Notes: a model not told the origin generated them from the sequence alone. A stretch of DNA of 64,000 nucleotides from Escherichia coli (GCF_965641715.1 NZ_OZ282453.1); one strand, 5' to 3'; shown: positions 22,001 through 32,593, counted from the first letter of the stretch. Program-made: numbers and translations.

Positions 22001-23686
22001 ATGTACGATTTTAATCTGGTGTTGCTGCTGCTTCAGCAGATGTGCGTTTTTTTAGTCATTGCATGGTTAATGAGTAAAACGCCATTATTCATACCGTTAA
22101 TGCAGGTCACGGTTCGTCTGCCGCATAAATTTCTCTGCTACATCGTCTTTTCCATCTTCTGCATCATGGGCACCTGGTTTGGGTTGCACATTGACGATTC
22201 TATTGCCAATACCCGTGCGATAGGCGCGGTAATGGGCGGCTTACTCGGCGGTCCGGTCGTCGGTGGGCTGGTTGGCCTGACCGGCGGGTTACATCGATAT
22301 TCGATGGGGGGCATGACCGCGCTAAGTTGCATGATCTCGACCATCGTTGAAGGATTGCTCGGTGGCCTGGTACACAGCATCCTGATCCGCCGCGGGCGCA
22401 CTGATAAAGTCTTTAACCCCATTACCGCCGGTGCCGTCACGTTCGTCGCTGAAATGGTGCAAATGCTGATCATCCTTGCGATCGCCCGACCTTATGAAGA
22501 TGCGGTGCGTCTGGTGAGTAATATTGCTGCGCCAATGATGGTCACCAATACCGTCGGCGCGGCGCTGTTTATGCGTATATTGCTCGATAAACGCGCGATG
22601 TTTGAAAAATACACTTCAGCTTTTTCTGCCACTGCGCTGAAAGTGGCGGCCTCGACGGAAGGCATTTTGCGCCAGGGGTTTAACGAAGTGAACAGCATGA
22701 AAGTGGCACAGGTGCTGTATCAGGAGCTGGATATTGGTGCAGTCGCGATTACCGATCGAGAGAAATTGCTGGCCTTTACCGGAATTGGTGACGATCACCA
22801 TTTACCCGGCAAACCGATTTCTTCGACTTACACCTTAAAAGCGATTGAAACCGGTGAAGTGGTCTACGCTGATGGCAACGAAGTACCTTACCGTTGCTCT
22901 TTGCATCCGCAATGCAAACTGGGGTCGACGCTGGTAATTCCGTTGCGTGGTGAAAATCAGCGGGTGATGGGCACCATCAAATTGTATGAAGCCAAAAACC
23001 GTTTATTCAGTTCAATCAACCGCACGCTGGGCGAGGGGATTGCGCAACTGCTTTCGGCGCAGATCCTCGCCGGGCAATATGAGCGGCAAAAAGCGATGCT
23101 CACCCAGTCAGAGATCAAACTGCTTCACGCCCAGGTGAACCCCCATTTTTTGTTTAATGCGCTTAACACCATTAAAGCGGTGATCCGCCGCGACAGCGAA
23201 CAGGCCAGCCAGCTGGTGCAGTATCTTTCCACTTTTTTCCGCAAAAACTTAAAGCGGCCTTCGGAGTTTGTTACTCTCGCCGACGAAATTGAACATGTGA
23301 ATGCTTATCTGCAAATTGAAAAGGCGCGCTTCCAGTCGCGGTTGCAGGTCAACATTGCTATTCCGCAAGAATTATCCCAGCAGCAATTGCCCGCGTTTAC
23401 CCTGCAACCGATAGTGGAAAACGCCATTAAACATGGGACATCACAACTGCTGGATACAGGGCGAGTGGCAATCAGCGCCCGACGTGAGGGGCAACATTTG
23501 ATGCTGGAGATCGAAGACAATGCCGGTTTGTATCAACCGGTAACCAATGCCAGTGGGCTGGGGATGAATCTGGTGGATAAGCGTTTACGTGAACGGTTTG
23601 GCGATGACTATGGGATAAGCGTCGCCTGTGAGCCTGATAGTTACACCCGAATAACGTTACGACTACCATGGAGGGACGAGGCATGA
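22001..23686 (+). CDS. btsS: LytS-type sensor histidine kinase BtsS (YehU)
   Basis: 5TM-Lyt N-terminal domain, GAF, histidine kinase core ([14 protein letters not shown]); start at MYDFNLVLL. Confidence 0.9.
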
Positions 23687-24402
23687 TTAAAGTCTTAATT
23701 GTCGATGATGAACCGTTAGCACGGGAGAACCTGCGCGTATTTTTGCAGGAGCAGAGCGATATTGAAATCGTTGGTGAGTGTTCAAACGCCGTGGAAGGGA
23801 TCGGCGCGGTGCATAAACTGCGCCCGGATGTGCTGTTTCTCGATATCCAGATGCCGCGCATCAGTGGTCTGGAAATGGTGGGGATGCTCGACCCGGAACA
23901 TCGTCCGTATATTGTTTTTCTCACCGCGTTTGACGAATACGCTATTAAAGCCTTTGAAGAACATGCCTTTGACTATCTGCTGAAGCCAATTGATGAAGCG
24001 CGACTGGAGAAAACGCTGGCGCGTTTGCGGCAGGAACGCAGCAAGCAGGATGTTTCGCTGTTACCAGAAAATCAACAGGCGCTGAAATTTATCCCTTGTA
24101 CTGGGCATAGTCGGATTTATTTGCTGCAAATGAAAGATGTGGCATTTGTCAGCAGTCGGATGAGCGGTGTCTACGTTACCAGCCACGAAGGGAAAGAGGG
24201 CTTTACCGAATTGACATTACGTACACTGGAAAGTCGTACACCACTACTGCGCTGCCATCGTCAGTATCTGGTTAACCTCGCGCATTTACAGGAGATTCGT
24301 CTGGAAGATAACGGCCAGGCCGAGTTGATTTTGCGTAATGGCTTAACCGTGCCGGTCAGCCGCCGTTATCTGAAAAGCTTAAAAGAGGCGATTGGCCTGT
24401 AA
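23683..24402 (+). CDS. btsR: LytTR-family response regulator BtsR (YehT)
   Basis: receiver domain ([16 protein letters not shown] at LFLDIQMP) plus LytTR domain; ATGA overlap with btsS. Confidence 0.9.
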
Positions 24403-24448
24403 AAGACTGCTAAAATGGCTTTTTGCCTCATCAACACCTGAAGGCCTC

Positions 24449-24919
24449 ATGCTAAGTAACGATATTCTGCGCAGCGTGCGCTACATTTTGAAAGCCAATA
24501 ATAATGACCTGGTGCGTATTCTGGCGCTGGGTAATATCGAAGCCACCGCGGAACAGATCGCCGTCTGGCTACGTAAAGAAGACGAAGAGGGTTTTCAGCG
24601 TTGTCCGGACATTGTTTTGTCGTCATTCCTCAATGGCCTGATTTATGAAAAACGCGGCAAGGATGAGTCTGCTCCGGCACTGGAGCCGGAACGTCGCATT
24701 AATAACAACATCGTGCTGAAAAAATTACGCATCGCGTTTTCGCTGAAAACCGATGACATTCTGGCGATCCTCACCGAACAGCAGTTCCGCGTTTCGATGC
24801 CGGAAATTACGGCGATGATGCGTGCACCGGATCATAAAAACTTCCGCGAATGCGGCGATCAATTTTTACGTTATTTTCTGCGTGGACTGGCAGCACGCCA
24901 GCATGTGAAAAAAGGCTAA
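24449..24919 (+). CDS. yehS: DUF1456 protein YehS
   Basis: translation from MLSNDILRSVRYILK; 156 aa. Confidence 0.85.
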   Translation: MLSNDILRSVRYILKANNNDLVRILALGNIEATAEQIAVWLRKEDEEGFQRCPDIVLSSFLNGLIYEKRGKDESAPALEPERRINNNIVLKKLRIAFSLKTDDILAILTEQQFRVSMPEITAMMRAPDHKNFRECGDQFLRYFLRGLAARQHVKKG

Positions 24920-24923
24920 AAAA

Positions 24924-24954
24924 TTGGCGGTCATGTTTAGAGCATGACCGCCAA
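24924..24954. terminator. bidirectional terminator between yehS and yehR
   Basis: perfect 12-bp inverted repeat TTGGCGGTCATG / CATGACCGCCAA flanked by A-run and T-rich tract. Confidence 0.7.
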
Positions 24955-24958
24955 CCGA

Positions 24959-25420
24959 TTATTTCACTTCTTTAAAACCAGCGGCTTTCATCACCAGTTC
25001 CATTTGCGCCATAGTGATACCTTTTTTGGCATCTTCAGCAGAAACGTTGATTCCTGAAATACCCTGCAGGGCTTTAAAATCCACTTTTTCCATATCGATA
25101 GTCACGTTTTCCTGCGCGTAGGTATCGGTATAGGTTAATTTTTCTTCAACACCCGCGATGTTTTTGTATTTGGCGCTTAACGGCTCAAGTGTCTTGGCAG
25201 CATCTTCTTTGGTGGTTGCACCAATGGAGGCAAATTGAATTTTGGTTTCAGAAGATTGCTTAAGCACCTTGTCACCTTTGTAGACATAGGTAATGGCAAT
25301 TTCAGTGCCGTTCAGATTGGCGCTGAATTTCTTCGATTCTTCTTTGTCACCGCAGCCAGCAAGAGAGAAAACCAGAACAGATGCAACAACAAGGGAAAAC
25401 AGCTTATTGAAAGCCTTCAT
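24959..25420 (-). CDS. yehR: lipoprotein YehR
   Basis: start at MKAFNKLF; lipobox LAGC. Confidence 0.85.
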   Translation of the reverse strand: MKAFNKLFSLVVASVLVFSLAGCGDKEESKKFSANLNGTEIAITYVYKGDKVLKQSSETKIQFASIGATTKEDAAKTLEPLSAKYKNIAGVEEKLTYTDTYAQENVTIDMEKVDFKALQGISGINVSAEDAKKGITMAQMELVMKAAGFKEVK

Positions 25421-25544
25421 GTAAAACTCCATTTTATTTAATCAAGGAACTGGTGACTCTCACCAGGGGCTATATAGGATATGCCTAATACCGTGGCGTG
25501 AGCAGTCCGGAACTGGAGTAGAACTCTTAGTAAAAAGCACTATT

Positions 25545-27548
25545 TCATCCTTGTTGCTGAAGCATGGGGAATAATTGTTCGCACAGCAAAACACCGTTAT
25601 TCATTGCTTCTACCCGTGCCTCGCTTTCTGTATTACGAAATTGTCCCAACATATGTGCCAGCCGATAAAAACCCACCGCGGTGAGGTCATTCGCCAGCAA
25701 CTCTGCCTGACCAATAGCACTCTGTTCCTGATAGCGCCAGCCGTTATGGAGCAGTTGAATAAGTAATGCCTGGCAGCGCATCAGCAACTGATGAGCAGTA
25801 GACGGCACAGGCAGAACGCTGGCAGAAGGTAGTGATGCCACCACAGGCGCAGTTTCTGCGTCCAGCGCCCAGGCACGAGTCTTTGTCATCATTACCTGTG
25901 GTTCCAGTGTCAATTGCCCATCAACAAAACTGACAAAGCCAGAAACCAGACACACGGGGTCGTCTGTTTGTTGCAAAAGCGCCGCCATGCGTTCAACGGC
26001 ATAAGGCGCGCTGGCTGAGGCTGGCAGTGATAACGTCAGCAGATTATCTTCACCTTCGCCGCTGATTACCTGCGCATCCAGCGTCTGGCGGCTGCTATCC
26101 CAACCGAGCGAAATACATTCAGCGACCGGCAGAATAAATAAGTTATCGACCTGATTAAGAGGCCGTATGCAGGAGGGGGGACGCTGGCGTAAATATTCCC
26201 GCAAAGCCACAATGCCCGGCTGGCGCAACGGCGCGCTCAACATTCGCCAGGCATCAGGCGACAGTGGAACAACACTACTCAAGCGGTTACGGGTCGCGAA
26301 CAGCAGTTCGCCTTCGGCACTGCGACGCGCTGCTTGTGAAACAATTTGCCCACCTGCCAGTGCGCCAGCCTGAAAACTAAACAGCCGACGCCTAGCTGCC
26401 GGTGAGTTTTCCTGTTCACTTCGCGGCCAACTGCGCGAAAGGTGCAAAATACTGCCGGTGTCGGGATCGGTAAACCAGATGCGTAAACCATAATGCTCAA
26501 TATCCTGCCAGCAACGCATACCTAAAGACACCAGCCGCAGATGATCAAGCTTTGCTTCTCCGGCAATGCCAGAGCCAACGACCGTGCGCCACGGCACAGG
26601 AGGAACTTCACCAACACTGTCGCGCCGGACCATCTCTTGTGCGCAATTTAATCGACTGTTTAATGCCGCAAGCTGACGTAAGCATTCTCCGGCATGATAG
26701 TGGCTGGCGCGGGCGTGGAAGGCATCAACGCTGGCGCGCAGTTGCCGTAGCGATTCACTCACCCAGCGCCAGTTGCAGGCCTCTGCCGCCTGCAATGCGC
26801 GGTTGAATGCTGCCTCGTAATGAATAAGCGGCTGGCTGATGCCGCTCAGCCATAATGCCTGGCTTAGTTGTTGAACATATTGACGACACGTTTTGCCTTC
26901 TTCGCTGGCAAACGGATCGTCAGATGATGTGACGTGTTCGCTGCGCATCTGCCAGATTAAATGAGTCAATTCCGCTTGCTGCGCTTTTGCCTGGACAAAG
27001 GCCTGTACTGCCAGTACGACATGTTCGCAAAGTGTGCCTTCAATACAATCACAACGGGCAAAACGAATGCTGCTACGGGAATAAAAACGCACATCGCTCA
27101 TCGGTAAGCGGGCAGAGGGAATTTCGCCCGGCGTACAGAACAACTCAATGGTGATGCCTTTAGCGACCAGCGCCTGTGCGCGTTTGCGGGTGGTATCGGG
27201 CAGGGTAGCCAGTTCTTCCAGCCAGATTGCCGGATCCCACTCTTCTTCTTTTTCCGTGGGCTGGACGGTGGCACAAAGTCGTTGATAACTTAACACCAGC
27301 ATCACGCGATGACGGCACATGCCGCTGGCCCCGCAGCTGCACTGAGCCTCTTTCAGTGCCTGGCCGTTCGCCAGCTGGGTACGGACACCGTCACTGAAGG
27401 TGGCGATTAAAGCGCCGTTCTCATGGCTGATTTCCGGGACGTTGCCATTTTCCAGTTCCTTAAGGCTGCGCTTAACAAAACCGGCATTGCTTAACGCCGT
27501 CAGGGCCTGCGGTGTCAGTTCTAATAATTCCGGACGTAGTGAATTCAT
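25545..27548 (-). CDS. yehQ: SWIM zinc-finger protein YehQ (two CxCxnCxH motifs)
   Basis: CSCGASGMCRH and CDCIEGTLCEH motifs; start chosen at the ATGA overlap with the yehP stop (alternative upstream start at 27572). Confidence 0.8.
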   Translation of the reverse strand: MNSLRPELLELTPQALTALSNAGFVKRSLKELENGNVPEISHENGALIATFSDGVRTQLANGQALKEAQCSCGASGMCRHRVMLVLSYQRLCATVQPTEKEEEWDPAIWLEELATLPDTTRKRAQALVAKGITIELFCTPGEIPSARLPMSDVRFYSRSSIRFARCDCIEGTLCEHVVLAVQAFVQAKAQQAELTHLIWQMRSEHVTSSDDPFASEEGKTCRQYVQQLSQALWLSGISQPLIHYEAAFNRALQAAEACNWRWVSESLRQLRASVDAFHARASHYHAGECLRQLAALNSRLNCAQEMVRRDSVGEVPPVPWRTVVGSGIAGEAKLDHLRLVSLGMRCWQDIEHYGLRIWFTDPDTGSILHLSRSWPRSEQENSPAARRRLFSFQAGALAGGQIVSQAARRSAEGELLFATRNRLSSVVPLSPDAWRMLSAPLRQPGIVALREYLRQRPPSCIRPLNQVDNLFILPVAECISLGWDSSRQTLDAQVISGEGEDNLLTLSLPASASAPYAVERMAALLQQTDDPVCLVSGFVSFVDGQLTLEPQVMMTKTRAWALDAETAPVVASLPSASVLPVPSTAHQLLMRCQALLIQLLHNGWRYQEQSAIGQAELLANDLTAVGFYRLAHMLGQFRNTESEARVEAMNNGVLLCEQLFPMLQQQG

Positions 27549-28681
27549 GACTGAAGATTCTCCGCAAGCCATGATGCCAGTTCGCCCGGTGTCATGGCGG
27601 CTATTTGTGCGCCGACATTAACCAGCGCCTGGGCCGTATCGCGGTCATAGCAAGGCGTTGCTGTGCTATCGAGCGCCGCCAGTCCCAGCACTTTGATGCC
27701 GCTCTGGACACACTTTTTCACCTGATGCGTCAGCAATGATGATGAACCCCCTTCGTAAAAATCGCTCACGAGGATAATGACGCTTTTTGCTGGTTGTTCA
27801 ATAAGTTGCCGACCATACTCCACGGCACTGGCGATATTGGTTCCGCCGCCTAATTGCACTTTCATTAATAACTCTACCGGATCGGCAACGTCTGCCGTGA
27901 GATCAACCACACTGGTGTCAAAAGCGACCAGATGGGTACGAATGCCGGGTAACTGCCATAAACAGGCCGCCATCACCGCAGAGTGGATCACCGAATCGAC
28001 CATCGAGCCGCTTTGATCAACCAGTAAGACCAGTTGCCATTGTTCGCTTTGGCGTTTAATGCGGCTGTTAAAGCGGGGGGATTCGATATACAACTTGCCG
28101 TGTTGTGGGTGCCAGTGTTGCAGGTTGGCGCGCAGAGTACTTTTGAAATCAAAGTTTCGCGCCAGTGGAATAAATGAGCGGCGACGGCGATCGCGGACAC
28201 CAGAAAAAGCCTGACGAACTTCCTTTGCCAGTCGAGCCATAATTTCTTCAACAACCTGGCGCACTATCCGGCGGGCGGCAGCCAGTACTTCGGGATTCAT
28301 CAGATGTTTGGTGTGCAAAACGGCGCGTAGCAGGCTTTCAGACGGTTGCATACGTTCCAGCACGTCGAGATTCGTCACCACATCTTCAATGCCATAGCGC
28401 AGTACGGCATCGCTTTCCAGCCGCTCAATCACCTGTTGCGGAAACAGCGTGTGAATACTGTTGATCCACTCAGGCGTGGTGAGATTTGAGCCACCTAATC
28501 CACCGGAGCGTTCACCACGCTGGAGCCGTTCAGGATCGCGCCCGTACAGCCACTCCAGCGCGTGGTCTATCTGCCGGGCGTTGTCATCCAGCCCACAAAG
28601 CGTCGTTTCTGCCGCTTCGCCAAGAATTAATCGCCAGCGTTGTAGCTCACGGGTGGTCAGAAGATCGTTCAGTTCAGACAT
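27545..28681 (-). CDS. yehP: von Willebrand factor A domain protein YehP
   Basis: MIDAS motif DxSxS (LLVDQSGSM); start at MSELNDLL overlapping yehM 3' end by 8 nt. Confidence 0.85.
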   Translation of the reverse strand: MSELNDLLTTRELQRWRLILGEAAETTLCGLDDNARQIDHALEWLYGRDPERLQRGERSGGLGGSNLTTPEWINSIHTLFPQQVIERLESDAVLRYGIEDVVTNLDVLERMQPSESLLRAVLHTKHLMNPEVLAAARRIVRQVVEEIMARLAKEVRQAFSGVRDRRRRSFIPLARNFDFKSTLRANLQHWHPQHGKLYIESPRFNSRIKRQSEQWQLVLLVDQSGSMVDSVIHSAVMAACLWQLPGIRTHLVAFDTSVVDLTADVADPVELLMKVQLGGGTNIASAVEYGRQLIEQPAKSVIILVSDFYEGGSSSLLTHQVKKCVQSGIKVLGLAALDSTATPCYDRDTAQALVNVGAQIAAMTPGELASWLAENLQS

Positions 28682-30953
28682 GGAAAACTCCCCAGTGTTG
28701 CAGCGATGCCAGTGCCTGCTGTTCGAGTTGTTGATGATGTGCAATGGCTTGTGGTGGACAATGCAACGGCATTTGCAGTGCCGAAACGGGAAGTTGCGCC
28801 AGTTGATAATGTTCAAGCACCTGATGCGCCAGCGTCCCGCGTTCTCGTGGTGGTAGCCAGGCCATCGCCGCGCGTAAATCGGGCAGGGCATTGATAAAAT
28901 CGGCATCACTTAGTTGATTTAAATGACTGCTGAAACCGGCGATAAATGCCGGCTGACAGGCCAGTTGATGACGGGCTAATGCCAGCAAACCGTGCAGCGC
29001 TTCGCCGGATTGTGCCGGGAAAAACTGTGCCAGCATCGCCAGCGCCGCTTCGGCACTGGCGTTGGGATGTTCCAGACGCATCAGTGCGCCAAGAGCCGCG
29101 CCGCGATCCAGCGCCGGGGCATGAATCGCCTGACTGCGTCGCTCCAGTAAGGCTACCGCCGCAGAAAGCGAAACGCCGGGTAAATTAACGCCGCTATGTA
29201 GATCGCGCAGGATATGGCAAAGCGCCTGCCAGCTATGCAGGTGAGCGTGAAACTCCTTTTCATCCGGTTTGCCGTTGGATTCACACAGCCAGAGCGTGCG
29301 ATCGATAGCCGCGCATAACGTCGTTTGTAATATCTGCGCGCCTTGCATACCGCTAATTTCATCCTGCCGCCATAAGGCATATAGCACTTCCAGCGCCTGG
29401 CCCATTTCGGCAAATTGATTTTCCTGGGCGATTAATAATGTGAGTTGCTCCAGTAATTGTTGACTGAAGGACGCCAGACCCGCTAACGCCGCCTGGCTAA
29501 GACATGTGGTGATACTGCCGATTCCACCCGCGTCCAGCATATCGGCTTCTAATTTATGGCGTGCGGCTCCCTGGAGTGTTGCACCAAAGCAGGCGGCCTC
29601 AATCAATGCCGCATGCTGGCTAAGCGGGCGGGTTAATTTCCAGCGTTCTTCACCGTTGCCTGCAAGTGTCAGTGTGCTTCCCTGCTGGCGTACAATCCCT
29701 GGGATCTCCAGTATTGCCAGCCGATGCAGCACCTGGCTTTGCGCCAGCCCATCGGAGGTAAAGCGATTTAAGGTAAGCTCCGCCGGAAGAGAGATTGTGG
29801 TACGTTCCAGTTCGCAAGTGACATCTTTTGGCAGAGGCGGTTGTGGCGTGGAGGGGGCTAGTTTACCGAATCCGTCACCCGCTAATGTGTCTATCAACGT
29901 TAGCAGAATCGGATCGGTGTCGGGATGAATAACTCCGCGATAGCTCCATGGCAACGGCGCATTCAGGGCTTCTTTAATCAGCGAGCCTGCGAAGGCATCC
30001 AGCCAGTCAGTGCGTAACGGCAGTGTATGACCGCGCAACTGTGCCAGCGCCATCGCATGCAGATGAGCGGCAGCCATATCCGCGGTCGAAGCAGGCAACT
30101 TGTGCTGGCGCAAACGGGTAAGGATAGTTTTTAGCAGTTGTTCTCCCGCCTGCTGTAAGCCCCACTGCCAGCACCAGCTTTGCCAGACCGGGGCAGGCAT
30201 TCCTGAAAGGTATCCTGCCAGCGCATCAAGGCGCTTTTCACTGTAGGGTGTGAGATAACAACCTGTAACGGCATCTGCCAGCGAGGGCAATTCTGGCTTG
30301 TTAATGTCCTGCGGGCATTCGCGCCACATTTTTGCCAGTGCCGGAGCGTGCCAGCCACCGCAGACGACTAACACGTCGCCATTATTTTGCTGCACCGCCC
30401 ATGCAATCCAGCGAGCCATAAAGGCTTCGCGCTGACGATTGAGTGCATCGCCGGGGAAATCGCCCCGCAGTTGGGCAAAATAGTGCGCCAGTGCAGAGGG
30501 TAATGCAGTTTGCTGGCTTTCATCTTCGAACAAGTGATCCCACAGGGTGTCGCTGTTATCCATGCGGGTGGCACGCAGCAGCAAGGTCTGGCTTTCCTCT
30601 TGCGTATCAGGCGAATCGTCCTCTTCTTCACTCTGTGCCCAGCAAGGCAAATCGATGAAGTAAGTTTGTGCCTGAATACGACGAGCGGCTTGTAGCGCCT
30701 GCCACTCCGGCGAAAATTCAGCAAATGGCGTCCAGGCACCACGCCCGGGGGCTGCACCGTCCTGATACTGGCAATAACTGTAAATAGCTACCGGAAGCTG
30801 GTGGGCTAAAAACAGTTCGTCTACCCGGTCATTAAAATCAGCCGGGCCTTCAATCAACACGTATCGTGGCCGCTGGCTTTCGATTAACGATTTCACCAGC
30901 CGGGCGCAGGCCGGGCTATGATGCCGGATGCCGACAATTAACGGCTCGCTCAT
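28674..30953 (-). CDS. yehM: uncharacterised 759-aa protein YehM
   Basis: start at MSEPLIVGIRHH 10 nt after the yehL stop with GAGGAAAG RBS; no motif I can assign. Confidence 0.85.
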   Translation of the reverse strand: MSEPLIVGIRHHSPACARLVKSLIESQRPRYVLIEGPADFNDRVDELFLAHQLPVAIYSYCQYQDGAAPGRGAWTPFAEFSPEWQALQAARRIQAQTYFIDLPCWAQSEEEDDSPDTQEESQTLLLRATRMDNSDTLWDHLFEDESQQTALPSALAHYFAQLRGDFPGDALNRQREAFMARWIAWAVQQNNGDVLVVCGGWHAPALAKMWRECPQDINKPELPSLADAVTGCYLTPYSEKRLDALAGYLSGMPAPVWQSWCWQWGLQQAGEQLLKTILTRLRQHKLPASTADMAAAHLHAMALAQLRGHTLPLRTDWLDAFAGSLIKEALNAPLPWSYRGVIHPDTDPILLTLIDTLAGDGFGKLAPSTPQPPLPKDVTCELERTTISLPAELTLNRFTSDGLAQSQVLHRLAILEIPGIVRQQGSTLTLAGNGEERWKLTRPLSQHAALIEAACFGATLQGAARHKLEADMLDAGGIGSITTCLSQAALAGLASFSQQLLEQLTLLIAQENQFAEMGQALEVLYALWRQDEISGMQGAQILQTTLCAAIDRTLWLCESNGKPDEKEFHAHLHSWQALCHILRDLHSGVNLPGVSLSAAVALLERRSQAIHAPALDRGAALGALMRLEHPNASAEAALAMLAQFFPAQSGEALHGLLALARHQLACQPAFIAGFSSHLNQLSDADFINALPDLRAAMAWLPPRERGTLAHQVLEHYQLAQLPVSALQMPLHCPPQAIAHHQQLEQQALASLQHWGVFHV

Positions 30954-30963
30954 GCATCTTTCC

Positions 30964-32052
30964 TCACGGCAGGCGGTGGCGGGCTTGATAATAAGCCTGC
31001 CAGTGAGCTTCTTTATGTGTGGCGACACGCTGTTCGAAGTAACGGCGCAGGCGCGCGCGATCTTCTTCGTTATCTTTGACGATGGTTCCGGCAATACAGT
31101 CCACCAGGTCGGCAGGCTCCCCCGCACGATTCGCTAAAAACCAGGCGCGGACGCCCACGGCGTGGGCCACGTTCACGGCTTCAGCCGTGGACATAATCGC
31201 TGTTAGTGTATCCATTGACGTTTTCTTTTCGCCGTTGGCACGCAGATCGCGGAAGGTGCGGACCAGTAACTCCAGTACCGCGTCAGGCACTTTATGCGGA
31301 ATACCGCTATGGGCCAGCAAACGCGCCGAAGCACTGGCGACAAGCTCCAGCTCCTGGGCGAAATCCATAATCGGAAAGACAGTTTCAAAATCGAAGCGAC
31401 GCTTTAGCGCAGCACTCATTTCATTGACGCCGCGATCGCGGGTATTGGCAGTGGCAATAATATTAAAGCCTTCTCGCGCATAGAGCTGACTGGCTTCACC
31501 TGTGAGTTCCGGTACCGTCATCACCCTGTCAGAAAGCATACCTAACAGACAGTCTTGCACTTCCAGCGGTGTACGCGTTATCTCTTCAAAACGGACGATT
31601 TTGCCGTCGCGCATTCCCTGGTAAAGCGGGGCAGGGACCAGCGCTTCCGTTGATGGACCATGATTGATAAGCAGGGCGTAGTTCCAGCCGTACTTGATTT
31701 GATCTTCGGTAGTAGATGCGCCGCCCTGGATGGTTAACCCGGCATCGCCGCTAATAGCGGTTGCCAGTAATTCAGACAGGAGAGATTTTGCGGTGCCAGG
31801 TTCCCCCACCAACATCAAACCGCGTCCGGTGGCAAGAGTGACTAACATACGTTCGACAGCGGAGGGACTAATCACCACTTTACGGCTAATATTTTGCGCG
31901 CTATCGCCAAGGATAAAAGCACGGGCCGCAGGCAAACTTAACTGCCAACCGGGCGGGCAAGGTGCGTTATCATTTTGTTTTAATTTTGTCAGTTCATCGG
32001 CGTATAACACAGCAGCAGGCGGACGCTGCAGATGATTATTCTGCGGTGACAT
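30964..32052 (-). CDS. yehL: MoxR-like AAA+ ATPase YehL
   Basis: Walker A LVGEPGTAKS, Walker B-like IVRFEEI, sensor-1 IIATANT; start at MSPQNNHLQ. Confidence 0.85.
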   Translation of the reverse strand: MSPQNNHLQRPPAAVLYADELTKLKQNDNAPCPPGWQLSLPAARAFILGDSAQNISRKVVISPSAVERMLVTLATGRGLMLVGEPGTAKSLLSELLATAISGDAGLTIQGGASTTEDQIKYGWNYALLINHGPSTEALVPAPLYQGMRDGKIVRFEEITRTPLEVQDCLLGMLSDRVMTVPELTGEASQLYAREGFNIIATANTRDRGVNEMSAALKRRFDFETVFPIMDFAQELELVASASARLLAHSGIPHKVPDAVLELLVRTFRDLRANGEKKTSMDTLTAIMSTAEAVNVAHAVGVRAWFLANRAGEPADLVDCIAGTIVKDNEEDRARLRRYFEQRVATHKEAHWQAYYQARHRLP

Positions 32053-32161
32053 ATATTCATCCCTGAAATGTATTAATGAAATAAACGATATTTTACGCGC
32101 AATAAATGTTTGGCGCATTAGTTGTTTGAGCGAAAAATATCTGGAAAGCAGATCACAGTAA

Positions 32162-32244
32162 ATAAAAAAACCTGCTGGTGAGGCAGGTTCTTTTATTTAC
32201 TACTTTGATGTTAAGTTACTGATACTGCAACATGGCATCTCAAC
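32162..32244 (-). ncRNA. orzO: putative type I antitoxin sRNA (OrzO-like)
   Basis: minus-strand promoter TTGCAA-17 nt-TATAAT; 5' end is a 19-nt near-direct copy (17/19) of zorO 5' UTR positions 32392-32410, so the RNAs can pair; 3' end at hairpin ACCTGC/GCAGGT plus U-run. Confidence 0.5.
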
Positions 32245-32250
32245 GAGCGA

Positions 32251-32301
32251 ATTATAACCACCTCGCGACCGTGTTGCAATTAAGATAATGAGATTTATAA
32301 T
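32251..32301. promoter_or_regulatory. overlapping divergent sigma70-like promoters sharing one palindromic -35 hexamer
   Basis: TTGCAA (32274-32279) is its own reverse complement; minus strand -10 TATAAT at 32251-32256 (17-nt spacer); plus strand -10 TATAAT at 32296-32301 (16-nt spacer). Confidence 0.5.
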
Positions 32302-32482
32302 CCTGACTGTTGGGAAGTTGCGCCGGATCGAACCCATTTCAAGTCCTGGCTACCGGACGGGTGGTGCCGCAGGTAGTGCTCTGATCCGGAGTGCAACATG
32401 GCGACTCAACATACGTAAACCAGTATCGACAGGCAGCGTAAGGGTAAGGTGCTGGTGTTGCGCTCCTTAATAAGGAGAGCGG

Positions 32483-32572
32483 ATGGACACGCTGACACAA
32501 AAGTTAACCGTGCTCATTGCTGTACTGGAGCTATTAGTAGCTCTGTTACGGTTGATTGATTTGTTGAAGTAA
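32483..32572 (+). CDS. zorO: type I toxin, 29-aa hydrophobic peptide (ZorO/ShoB-like)
   Basis: ORF MDTLTQKLTVLIAVLELLVALLRLIDLLK with AAGGAG RBS 5 nt upstream, verified codon by codon; long leader from predicted TSS near 32308; not in the ORF track. Confidence 0.7.
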   Translation: MDTLTQKLTVLIAVLELLVALLRLIDLLK

Positions 32573-32593
32573 CGGGCAAATTGAAACGCATCT

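Noticed and set aside
28461-28894. Plus-strand ORFs across the yehP-yehM junction
   Set aside because: Antisense to the coupled minus-strand genes; no independent support
32288-32470. 60-aa ORF upstream of the toxin gene
   Set aside because: Falls within the predicted 5' leader of the type I toxin mRNA, the region that pairs with the antitoxin sRNA; no RBS
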